Assembly: GCF_002945325.1 (NCBI RefSeq)
Contig: NZ_CP026606.1
Coordinates: forward strand, 270,001 to 302,000
Origin: Methanococcus maripaludis
GTDB lineage: Archaea > AGJL01 > Methanococci > Methanococcales > Methanococcaceae
Length of the DNA: 32,000 nucleotides
Reading direction: 5' to 3'
In this document: positions 19,535 to 27,844 of the stretch, in pieces
Numbering within the stretch: the stretch's first letter is position 1
Layout of the letters: every line of letters begins with the position of its first letter
Program-made: the position numbers and the translations under genes
The notes under the pieces: model-generated
Database searches by the model: none
What the model was told of the DNA's origin: nothing
What the model saw: only the letters and a program-made list of their open reading frames with translations

Positions 19535-20101
19535 GTGAATAATAAATTACCTTATTTGATAACTGCCTTTGGTATATCAATTAATGTTTTGGGCGGCTTC
19601 ATTGCCACATCTTATGATTTACCAATATTTCTAAACAATTTGGGCACTATATTATGTGGATTACTACTGGGACCTGCAGGCGGGGCACTAACGGGCCTTT
19701 TCTCAAATTTAATTATTGGTTCTACGGTTAATTCTGTTTATATTCCGTTTACAATTGTAAATGTTGTTGTTGGTTTTGTCGCAGGTTACGCTGCAATTAA
19801 GCATGATCGAGAATTTACTTCGATGATATTACATGCTTTTTTGATATCAATTATAGCACTGTGTTTAGTAATACCAATAGAAATGTTTATTTTTGGAGGT
19901 CCGCTTGATCAGACCATTCTTTCATATGCAACGACTATCAATCTAAATACTGGATTAAATATCTCTGCAGCAATATACTTTGCAGAATTTCCGTTAATGA
20001 TCGCAGACATTGTTTTATCCGCAATTTGGGCTTATGTAGTTTTAATGCTACTTCCTAAAAAAGTGCTGGATATATTAAAAATTAACAATGAAAATATCTA
20101 A
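19535..20101 (+). CDS. Polytopic membrane protein (about 5-6 TM), ECF S-component-like; function unknown
   Basis: Hydrophobic throughout, with a GLLLGPAGGALTG motif reminiscent of ECF substrate-capture or 5TM-receptor proteins. GTG start 3 nt after SD GGTGGT. The family assignment is weak. Confidence 0.6.
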   Translation: MNNKLPYLITAFGISINVLGGFIATSYDLPIFLNNLGTILCGLLLGPAGGALTGLFSNLIIGSTVNSVYIPFTIVNVVVGFVAGYAAIKHDREFTSMILHAFLISIIALCLVIPIEMFIFGGPLDQTILSYATTINLNTGLNISAAIYFAEFPLMIADIVLSAIWAYVVLMLLPKKVLDILKINNENI

Positions 20102-20186
20102 TTTTTTTAATTTTTAAATAATTCATTTATATATTCCTAAATTCTAAAAAAATAAATCATTTTAATATTCTTCTTTTTTGAGATAT

Positions 20187-20220
20187 TTTATATAATATTT
20201 TATCCATATTTATTTGGATA
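20187..20220 (+). promoter_or_regulatory. Candidate uraA-upp promoter: TATA box plus inverted repeat TATCCA-N8-TGGATA
   Basis: TTTTATATAA at 20187-20196. Arms TATCCA (20201-20206) and TGGATA (20215-20220) lie where the transcription start would fall, about 45 nt upstream of the ATG at 20264. Confidence 0.35.
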
Positions 20221-20263
20221 AACACGTTTTTAATTGTTAATACTTTTTTGGAGGATACAAAAA

Positions 20264-21505
20264 ATGAAAAGAATAGCACTAGGTTTTCAACACGTACTTG
20301 CAATGTTTGGTGCAACAGTAACAGTTCCCCTTGTTGTAGGTTATGCAATCGGACTTTCGATGTCTGAAATCGCATTATTACTCCAGGCGGTACTTCTTGC
20401 AATGGGGGTTGCAACACTGCTTCAAACGTTTGCAGGTTCAAGATTTCCAATTGTACAAGGTTCAAGTTTTGCATTTATACCAGGATTAATTGCAGTTGGC
20501 TCTGGAATGGGTCTTGCTGCAGTTGAAGGTGCTTTGATTATAGGCGGTGTTATCGAAGCTGCCACAGGTGCATTAGGACTTATTGGAAAATTAAAAAAGC
20601 TTTTTTCACCAATTGTTACTGGTGTTACAATCATGCTTATTGGTTTTAGTCTTGCAGATGTTGCTGTTCAATATTCGTTTAATTACTTTGCAGACCCTGC
20701 AGGAAGTTCGATAGTAACTTCAATACTTGTTGCTGCACTCACATTTATCACAACAATACTCGTATCGTTACAGGGAAAGGGAACATTAAAAGCAATGCCT
20801 GTTATAATCGGGGCTGTTGTCGGGTATGTTATAAGCATGTTTTTAGGTCTTGTGGATTTTTCAATGATGAACCAGCTTTCATGGTTTGCACTGCCAAAAC
20901 TTATGCCTTGGGGAATGCCTGTTTTTGATGTTAATGCAATTATAATATTATTGTTTGCATTTATGGTCAGTATTATCGAGAGTGTCGGAGATTACCACGC
21001 AATTTCAACGATTGCAGATTTAAAAATCGATGATAACAAGATAAATAGAGGTATCGCTTCAGAAGGATTTTCCTGTACCCTTGCAGGGCTTTTTGGTGCA
21101 TGCGGTACAACAAGTTATTCAGAAAATATAGGTCTTGTTGCTTTAACAAAAGTATCAAGCGTTCAGGTAGTTCAAATTGGTGCTGTAATATTGGTTCTTC
21201 TGTCAATGATTCCTAAATTCTCAGGTCTTTTGGCATCCATTCCTGCACCGGTCTTGGGAGGACTTACAACCGCACTCTATGGTATGATCAGCATTACAGG
21301 TCTTAAATTAATAAAAGATAAAGTTGAATTAAATGATAGAAACACGCTCATATTAGCAAGTGCACTCGTACTTGGTCTTGGTGCACCGCAACTTCCTGCA
21401 GAATTTTTAAGCCTGTTTCCAAAAATCATTTCAAGCATTTTAGAATCAGGAATGGCAGTTGGTGCAATAACCGCAATATTAATGGACCAGTTGTTAAAAA
21501 AATAA
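20264..21505 (+). CDS. NCS2-family uracil/xanthine permease (UraA-like)
   Basis: N-terminus MKRIALGFQHVLAMFGATVTVPL carries the NCS2 signature. About 12-14 TM helices. Located 36 nt upstream of upp. I trimmed the start to ATG 20264, which follows SD GGAGGA. Confidence 0.88.
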   Translation: MKRIALGFQHVLAMFGATVTVPLVVGYAIGLSMSEIALLLQAVLLAMGVATLLQTFAGSRFPIVQGSSFAFIPGLIAVGSGMGLAAVEGALIIGGVIEAATGALGLIGKLKKLFSPIVTGVTIMLIGFSLADVAVQYSFNYFADPAGSSIVTSILVAALTFITTILVSLQGKGTLKAMPVIIGAVVGYVISMFLGLVDFSMMNQLSWFALPKLMPWGMPVFDVNAIIILLFAFMVSIIESVGDYHAISTIADLKIDDNKINRGIASEGFSCTLAGLFGACGTTSYSENIGLVALTKVSSVQVVQIGAVILVLLSMIPKFSGLLASIPAPVLGGLTTALYGMISITGLKLIKDKVELNDRNTLILASALVLGLGAPQLPAEFLSLFPKIISSILESGMAVGAITAILMDQLLKK

Positions 21506-21541
21506 TATTATAAAATAAATTAAGGATTTAGAGGGTAAATT

Positions 21542-22237
21542 ATGATAAAAGATGAAAGATGGGAAGGAGTTTATTCCTTTGAAGATTCACCTTATTTGAT
21601 GGAAACACTGACCAATTTAAGAAATGTAAGCACTGAAAATATTTCTTTTAGAAAAGGGCTTGTTAGACTTGGAAGATACATGGGTTACGAACTCACAAAA
21701 ACCATGGAATTTGAAGAAATGCATGTTCAAACACCTTTAGAAAAAACCAAAGGAATTTTTCCAAAAGATAGGTCAAATGTAGTCATTATAACCATTTTAA
21801 GAGCTGCATTTCCATTAATGGAAGGATTAATAAAAAATTTTGAATCTGCAAAAGTAGGAATCGTTTCTGCATCAAGAGGACATGCGCCTGATTTTAAAAT
21901 AGAAATGAACTACATAAAAGTTCCACAAGTTACGCCCGAAGATACGGTTATTGTATCTGACCCAATGATTGCAACAGGATCTACACTAATTCATGTTTTA
22001 AAAGAGTTTAAAGATTCTAAACCTAAAAGACTGATGATAGTTGGAGTTCTTGCAGCGCCAGAAGGAATAAATGCAGTAAAAGCAGAATTTCCAGATGTCG
22101 AAATATTCGTAACGAAAATCGATGATAAATTAAATAACGACGGCTACATCGTACCGGGACTCGGGGATGCTGGAGATCGAGCTTTTGGGGAACCTTTCAA
22201 AGTTTCAATGCTTCCACAAATGCACAATTTAGAATAA
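21542..22237 (+). CDS. upp: Uracil phosphoribosyltransferase
   Basis: PRPP-binding loop [11 protein letters not shown] and C-terminal uracil-binding motif [23 protein letters not shown]. Confidence 0.93.
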   Translation: MIKDERWEGVYSFEDSPYLMETLTNLRNVSTENISFRKGLVRLGRYMGYELTKTMEFEEMHVQTPLEKTKGIFPKDRSNVVIITILRAAFPLMEGLIKNFESAKVGIVSASRGHAPDFKIEMNYIKVPQVTPEDTVIVSDPMIATGSTLIHVLKEFKDSKPKRLMIVGVLAAPEGINAVKAEFPDVEIFVTKIDDKLNNDGYIVPGLGDAGDRAFGEPFKVSMLPQMHNLE

Positions 22238-22327
22238 GCATTTATATGTTTCTATTTCTTTTTTTAAGTAATTTATATATAGAATTTATTAATAATGTAT
22301 TAAAATAGACTTTTTGGAGGTATATTT

Positions 22328-23905
22328 ATGGATTTTGGCATACTATCTTTATTGCCACCTGTTGTAGCAATTGGATTGGCCTTGATTACTAAAAGAGTTT
22401 ACATGTCTCTTTTCTTGGGTATCTTGGCAGGATCACTCCTTTACAACAACTGGAATATTGTTGCATCTGCATCACATATTGTAAATACAATTATTGGAAG
22501 TGTTGAATTAACTTCGATTACAGGAATTTCATCATTCACGGGCGTTGGAAATCTCTGGAATTTGTTAATATTATTGTTTTTAGTAATGCTTGGTATATTG
22601 ATTGCATTAATCACGAGAGCAGGCGGAGCTCTTGCATACGGAAACTGGGCATCTACAAAAATTAAATCAAAAGAAGGTGCAAGCCTTTCCACATCGTTAC
22701 TTGGTATTTTGTTATTTATTGATGATTATTTTAACTGTTTAACTGTTGGAACAGTAATGAAACCAATTACTGACAAATTCAAAATCTCAAGAGCCAAACT
22801 TGCATATATCATCGATTCAACAGCAGCACCAGTATGTATTTTAATGCCTGTTTCAAGCTGGTTTGCAGCTGTTGTTGGAAATTTAGGTGAATCAGGTGTT
22901 GGAACAGGAGCTCTTTCAAGCATGAGTCCATCAGGCGTGTTCTTTTCAGCGATACTATACAATACATATGCACTTGTTGCGCTGTTCATGGTTGCATTTA
23001 TCATATCCTTTAAAAAAATGGATTTTGGTCCAATGAAAGTTCACGAAAAAGTTGCTACGGAAACTGGCGATTTATTCAATGGCGATGCAGAAACTGCAGC
23101 AATCGAATCAGAAATTGAACCATTAAGCGGCGGAAAAATTTCCTACCTTGTTCTACCATTAGTAGTTCTCATTTTAGCAATTATCTTTGCATTTATGATT
23201 TCAGGAGGCCTTTTTGCAGGCGCCGGAGTTATTGAATCATTCTTAAGCATGGATGCATCATGGGGTCTTTTCTGGGGAGGTTTAATATCGTTATTGTTTA
23301 CAGTGATCTACTTTACAGCTTCAAAAGCAGTTCCTGTAAACGATATTGCAGGCCTTTTTGCAAAAGGTTCAAAATTAATGCTCCCTGCAATTACAATCCT
23401 TATACTTGCATGGTCCTTAGGTTCAGTAATTGGGGACCTTGGAACTGGAACATACCTTTCATCATTAATCCAAAACAGCTTGCCGGTTCAAATTTTACCT
23501 GCAATACTTTTCCTGTTATCCGGATTCATGGCATTTTCAACAGGTACTTCATGGGGTACTTTTGGAATCATGCTCCCGATTGCAGTTCCTATGGCAGTTG
23601 GACTTGGAATGCCTGAATTCGTTGTTCCATTCGTTGCTGCAGTTTTAGGTGGTGCAATATATGGTGATCACTCATCCCCAATATCTGATACAACCATTAT
23701 GAGTTCAACAGGGGCAGGTACGAAACACATCGACCACGTCCAAACACAACTCCCATACACGACCTTGATAGGAATCATGGCGTTTTTAGGTTACTTGATT
23801 GTAGGATACACCATAAATTTAGGTTACTGGGTAAGTGGACTTATTAACCTTGCATTCGTAGCTTTTGCAGTATATATTGGTGCAAGCTTCCTTTCAAAAA
23901 AGTAA
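22328..23905 (+). CDS. NhaC-family Na+/H+ antiporter-type transporter
   Basis: Polytopic protein of 525 aa with family-typical segments IDSTAAPVCILMPVSSW and GDHSSPISDTTIMSS. SD GGAGGT. Confidence 0.85.
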   Translation: MDFGILSLLPPVVAIGLALITKRVYMSLFLGILAGSLLYNNWNIVASASHIVNTIIGSVELTSITGISSFTGVGNLWNLLILLFLVMLGILIALITRAGGALAYGNWASTKIKSKEGASLSTSLLGILLFIDDYFNCLTVGTVMKPITDKFKISRAKLAYIIDSTAAPVCILMPVSSWFAAVVGNLGESGVGTGALSSMSPSGVFFSAILYNTYALVALFMVAFIISFKKMDFGPMKVHEKVATETGDLFNGDAETAAIESEIEPLSGGKISYLVLPLVVLILAIIFAFMISGGLFAGAGVIESFLSMDASWGLFWGGLISLLFTVIYFTASKAVPVNDIAGLFAKGSKLMLPAITILILAWSLGSVIGDLGTGTYLSSLIQNSLPVQILPAILFLLSGFMAFSTGTSWGTFGIMLPIAVPMAVGLGMPEFVVPFVAAVLGGAIYGDHSSPISDTTIMSSTGAGTKHIDHVQTQLPYTTLIGIMAFLGYLIVGYTINLGYWVSGLINLAFVAFAVYIGASFLSKK

Positions 23906-23919
23906 AATATAATAATAAC

Positions 23920-23935
23920 TTTTTTTAATTTTTTT
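23920..23935 (+). terminator. Oligo-T terminator after the nhaC-like gene
   Basis: T7-AA-T7 begins 15 nt after the stop codon. Archaeal termination signals are oligo-T tracts. Confidence 0.45.
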
Positions 23936-23975
23936 AAAATAAAATAAAATAAAATAAAATAAAATAAAATAAAAT
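23936..23975. repeat. Pentanucleotide microsatellite (AAAAT)x8
   Basis: Eight perfect tandem AAAAT units in the convergent intergenic region, read directly from the sequence. Confidence 0.95.
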
Positions 23976-24026
23976 AATTTTAAAAATAGAATTCTTTAAA
24001 AAATTTAAAAAATAGTAATTTTATAA

Positions 24027-25007
24027 TTATTTCGTTGTTTTTTTCCTTTTTTCTATAAAGTCGAGTAAATCTACGGTATCTCCAATTTTTTCAAGTTCGG
24101 ATATACTCATACTTGTAATTCTCTTATCTTCATTGGTTTTTTTCTCAAGAACGAGCAAAGAATGACTGTTTAATATTTTAGAAATTTCATCAACAATCAT
24201 TGCCTTTCTTCTTATCTCTTCATTCTCAGTTTCTTGAATATTTGTAAATATAATATTTTGATTTTCTGCATCTTCCCCTTTTGATTCTTCTGCTACGGCA
24301 TCAAAAGGAGCTTTTGTAGTTTCAAGTAAATTAAAGCCCATATCGCCTAAAATATCAATAACGCGTATCTTAAAATCTTCTCCTTCTTTCAATATCTTTT
24401 CAAAAGCATCATCACGACTTTTCTGGGATTTTAATCCATCTATACAGTCCATTATGTTAATTCCTTTAATTAATGGAACATCTAGATATTCTTCTATTTT
24501 TATTGCAACTTCAGCAGAAGGATTTGCTTCGTTCTGTTCGTATTTATAGATTGTTTTTCTTGAAACTCGAGATACTTCTGCAAGTTCTCCAACAGAAATC
24601 TTTAATTTTTCACGAGTTTCCCTTAAAACCTTTCCATCAATATTTACAAAAAATCCGCCCCTGTTTGCATAAACTACTGGAGGCTCGCCCACCAATTGCT
24701 CCCGAAACGTATTAAAAGTAACTGCTTTTATACCGTATCGCTCATATACGGCCCCTTCTTCCATTACTGAATTTCTCGTACGAGTTCCAATAATTACAGG
24801 TACTGCTTGAAGCATTTTTGAAATATTTAACAGTTCTTCAGACTGTTCAGTGCTCAAACTATCTATGTTTTTCAAAATCTTTATTAATAATCTTAAATTC
24901 CCTTTTTTAGCGATTAAATCAAAACAAGACCTTCCAAAAGGTTTTGATATCACAAAATGGGATTCATAAAGCAGATCGATGCATTCTGAAAGTAAAACTT
25001 CTCTCAT
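24027..25007 (-). CDS. Putative HTH-type transcriptional regulator (archaeal COG1395-like; central Cro/C1-type HTH)
   Basis: Central HTH ISVGELAEVSRVSRKTIYKYEQNEANPSAEVAIKIEEYL is flanked by conserved N- and C-terminal domains. It resembles the 'putative HTH-type transcriptional regulatory protein' family of methanococci (MJ1164-like, from memory). I trimmed the track start to ATG 25007 (MREVLLSECIDLL); the upstream 53 codons look like promoter DNA. Confidence 0.8.
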   Translation of the reverse strand: MREVLLSECIDLLYESHFVISKPFGRSCFDLIAKKGNLRLLIKILKNIDSLSTEQSEELLNISKMLQAVPVIIGTRTRNSVMEEGAVYERYGIKAVTFNTFREQLVGEPPVVYANRGGFFVNIDGKVLRETREKLKISVGELAEVSRVSRKTIYKYEQNEANPSAEVAIKIEEYLDVPLIKGINIMDCIDGLKSQKSRDDAFEKILKEGEDFKIRVIDILGDMGFNLLETTKAPFDAVAEESKGEDAENQNIIFTNIQETENEEIRRKAMIVDEISKILNSHSLLVLEKKTNEDKRITSMSISELEKIGDTVDLLDFIEKRKKTTK

Positions 25008-25129
25008 AACAATTACCAGTGTGGTTTTAAACCACATATTTTTAATTCTAAATCTAATCCACAAAGTATTTATGTCTTGCGGAAAATCTATATAATAGTA
25101 TATAAATATTGGCCAATGGCGGTGATAAT

Positions 25130-25606
25130 GTGAAAAAAATAGCAGAAGATAAGGGAATTTCTTCACAATTAAGACATTTTAAAGCAGCAGTATCAGAATA
25201 TGGCTCTAAAAGTATCCTTTACAGCGGTTCAAAAGGAGTATGTCTTCCTTTTGCATTATTAAATGCTTATGCTGTAAGAACTATTGAAGAACAATATTTT
25301 ACCCCTGATGCAAAATTAGATGAAATTTCAAAACTTAATTTGGGAAGTTTGGGCTACAATTACAGTAACTTGGATAATAATACCGAAATTAATCCAGAAA
25401 TGCTGGTATTAATGGGAGGGCTTGCAATGCCTCATTCCAAAGTTACCACCTCAGATGTAAACGCACTAATTGATAAAATAAGCCCTAAAAAAGTAGTAGG
25501 GATCTGTTTCTCGAGCGTTTTTCAAAAACAAGGCTGGGATAAGGATATTGATTTTGACTTGATAATAGACAGCCAGTTAGAGCCCGTCACAGTTTATGAA
25601 AAATAA
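25130..25606 (+). CDS. Conserved archaeal hypothetical protein (about 158 aa)
   Basis: ORF with SD GGTGAT directly before GTG 25130; the track start TTG 25109 is less likely. No motif I can assign with confidence; it possibly belongs to a small archaea-specific DUF family. Divergent from the HTH regulator gene. Confidence 0.6.
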   Translation: MKKIAEDKGISSQLRHFKAAVSEYGSKSILYSGSKGVCLPFALLNAYAVRTIEEQYFTPDAKLDEISKLNLGSLGYNYSNLDNNTEINPEMLVLMGGLAMPHSKVTTSDVNALIDKISPKKVVGICFSSVFQKQGWDKDIDFDLIIDSQLEPVTVYEK

Positions 25607-25701
25607 AATATAATATTTAGTTTTTTAATCGCAACTAAATTATAAAATGAATTTTAAATTAGTTCATAAGTAAATTCTTAAATTTAAAACGGTGTAATCT
25701 A

Positions 25702-27099
25702 ATGGTAAATCCCCAGATGTCATTTCTTAATAACCAAAATTCAATGAAATTTAAGTTTAGAAAGCTTCTAATCGACTCCAATAGGATTATAATATATAGA
25801 AATCTTCTTGACGATAAAATAATAGGCTATTTAATAAATATAATACGAGAACTCTCAGAAGATAAACCGGATGAATCAATAGTGGAAAAAAATTACTATG
25901 GATTAACCCATGATTTGATTATAAAAGCTGAAAATGAAAATCTCAGCGGAAATATTTTAAAATCATACATCATGAACGCCATTTTAAAAGATGAAAATAT
26001 ATTCGCGATATCTTGTGAAAAGCATTATGGTAACTTGGAAAGCCTTTATGAACTTGCATTTAAAGATATAGGCGTTTTAAAACGAATTATGGATATAGAC
26101 ACCAAGCATTTACGGAACATTATGGATTCAGAAGATGAAACCATTGAAAATTACACACCCACACTTTACAAGGATGAAAAAACCGTATTTTCAGATTATA
26201 GGGAAGAACTTTTAAATATTGATTCTGTTCCTGAACTTTTAGATTCTATTATCGAATATTATTATAAAATCGGTTCCGGTGAACTGGTAGACCACGTAGC
26301 ATTTAGGTGGAATAATAAAACCGGATTTTCAGGAATTAAATACTGTGATTTAGTGGATATGGAAAACATTGTTGGATACAATTACCAAAAAGAAATTATT
26401 TTGAAAAATACCTCTGCTTTTATCGAAGGAAATCCTGCAAATAATATTTTACTTGTCGGATCTAGGGGAACTGGAAAATCATCCCTTGTAAAATCCCTTG
26501 TAAAAGAATACTGTCTTGATGGTTTAAGAATTATCGAACTTAAAAAAAGCCAATTAAAAGATTTTGGACAGATGGTAGACCATTTACGGAATAGAAATAA
26601 AAAATTTATAGTATTTCTCGATGATTTATCCTTTGAAGATAATGAAACTGAATATAAAGAATTAAAATCAGTTCTTGAAGGAACCTTAGAAAAAAAACCG
26701 GAAAATGTAATAATTTATGCAACTTCAAACAGGAGAAACCTCATAAAAGAATCCTGGTCAGAAAGAGATTCAGATATTCATTCAAACGATTCAATAAATG
26801 AAAAAATGTCACTTTCAGACAGATTTGGAATAACTTTAAGTTTCTATTCACCAACGCAAGAAGAATACTTAAATATGGTTAAAAAACTTGCTATTGAAAA
26901 CGGGATTAATCCGTGTAAGGCCGATGACGTGAAATTTTATTCGATGAATATTGGAAAATTGTCCGATCAAACAGGAATGATTATGGCATGGGAAACACTT
27001 CGTGAAGATGCTGTAAAATGGGGCATGTCGCAAAACGGCTTTTCGGGACGAACTGCAAAACAATTTATAGATTATATCATTGGAACTTACAAAAATTAA
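25702..27099 (+). CDS. AAA+ ATPase of the DUF815/COG2607 family with a ~230-aa N-terminal extension
   Basis: The C-terminal ~230 aa match the DUF815 pattern closely: NNILLVGSRGTGKSSLVKSL (Walker A), KFIVFLDDLSFE (Walker B), IIYATSNRRNLI, SLSDRFGITLSF, SGRTAKQFIDY. SD GGTG upstream. Confidence 0.85.
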   Translation: MVNPQMSFLNNQNSMKFKFRKLLIDSNRIIIYRNLLDDKIIGYLINIIRELSEDKPDESIVEKNYYGLTHDLIIKAENENLSGNILKSYIMNAILKDENIFAISCEKHYGNLESLYELAFKDIGVLKRIMDIDTKHLRNIMDSEDETIENYTPTLYKDEKTVFSDYREELLNIDSVPELLDSIIEYYYKIGSGELVDHVAFRWNNKTGFSGIKYCDLVDMENIVGYNYQKEIILKNTSAFIEGNPANNILLVGSRGTGKSSLVKSLVKEYCLDGLRIIELKKSQLKDFGQMVDHLRNRNKKFIVFLDDLSFEDNETEYKELKSVLEGTLEKKPENVIIYATSNRRNLIKESWSERDSDIHSNDSINEKMSLSDRFGITLSFYSPTQEEYLNMVKKLAIENGINPCKADDVKFYSMNIGKLSDQTGMIMAWETLREDAVKWGMSQNGFSGRTAKQFIDYIIGTYKN

Positions 27100-27150
27100 C
27101 TCTTTTAATTTTTTTAAATTATGCTATTAACGTGGACTTTTTACATTAAA

Positions 27151-27158
27151 TTTATATA
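27151..27158 (+). promoter_or_regulatory. Candidate TATA box of the membrane-protein/XRE operon
   Basis: TTTATATA lies 72 nt upstream of ATG 27230 and is flanked by the 7-bp inverted repeat TTTACAT (27140-27146) / ATGTAAA (27158-27164). Confidence 0.45.
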
Positions 27159-27173
27159 TGTAAAGCATACTTA

Positions 27174-27205
27174 ACATTATGTATAATTATAATTACATAA
27201 TGTAA
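27174..27205 (+). promoter_or_regulatory. Paired palindromic operator candidates (ACATTATGT and TTACATAATGTAA)
   Basis: ACATtATGT (27174-27182) and ACATaATGT (27195-27203, extending to the 13-bp palindrome 27193-27205). Their centres are 21 bp apart. They lie between the TATA box and the SD of an operon that encodes an XRE-type HTH protein. Confidence 0.4.
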
Positions 27206-27229
27206 ACTATTATAAACAAAGGTGTTTAA

Positions 27230-27616
27230 ATGGATTTAAAAACGTATAAAAAATATCTTAGGATATTAATCATAACTGTTGCAATTTTGGTAAGTTTGGC
27301 AGTAACTACTGGAAATGGATATCTTGCGGTTTTAATAGTTGTAATCGGAATTTTTACCAAAATGAACCTTAGAAAAAAACTCGATGAAGTAATAGAAGAT
27401 GAACTTCTGCATAAAGTCGCTGAAAAAGCATCATATTTGACAATACAAGTTGTATGCTTAATTTTTGCACTTTTAAGCGTATTTTTAACGGGTTTTAAGA
27501 GTTATGTGCCAGAATATGCGTTAATTGGAACCTTGTTAGCGTATTCAGCACTATGTATTTTATTTGTAAACATGCTCTTCAGATACATATTTAGTAAAAA
27601 ATACGGCATAATTTAA
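27230..27616 (+). CDS. Small 4-TM membrane protein (DUF2178-like)
   Basis: Two TM pairs are separated by a charged helix, DEVIEDELLHKVAEKASYLTIQV (DE....a.kA pattern). SD AAAGGTG. The HTH gene follows 10 nt downstream. Confidence 0.7.
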   Translation: MDLKTYKKYLRILIITVAILVSLAVTTGNGYLAVLIVVIGIFTKMNLRKKLDEVIEDELLHKVAEKASYLTIQVVCLIFALLSVFLTGFKSYVPEYALIGTLLAYSALCILFVNMLFRYIFSKKYGII

Positions 27617-27626
27617 GGTAATATTC

Positions 27627-27830
27627 ATGAAAAACAAAATTAAGGTATTTAGGGCAATGCACAATTTAACCCAAGAAAATCTTGCAAAAAAGTTAAATGT
27701 GACACGTCAAACAATTATTGCAATTGAAAAAGAAAAATACGACCCTTCCCTTGAATTAGCCTTTAAAATTGCAGAATTATTTGAAGCAAAAATTGAAGAT
27801 GTATTTATTTACGAATCATGTTCAAAATAA
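27627..27830 (+). CDS. XRE/Cro-type HTH transcriptional regulator (YozG-like, 67 aa)
   Basis: LTQENLAKKLNVTRQTIIAIEKEKYDPSLELAFKIAELFEAKIEDVF matches the short HTH_3 regulator family almost residue for residue. Confidence 0.88.
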   Translation: MKNKIKVFRAMHNLTQENLAKKLNVTRQTIIAIEKEKYDPSLELAFKIAELFEAKIEDVFIYESCSK

Positions 27831-27844
27831 AAAATTTTAAATAT

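Noticed and set aside
20157-20474. 105-aa minus-strand ORF spanning the uraA promoter and 5' end
   Set aside because: It overlaps the uraA coding start in antisense and runs through the promoter. There is no SD and no recognisable domain.
23260-23616. 118-aa alternative-frame plus ORF inside the nhaC-like gene, and the minus ORFs at 22441-23004
   Set aside because: They are nested in a continuous, well-supported transporter frame, with no independent signals.
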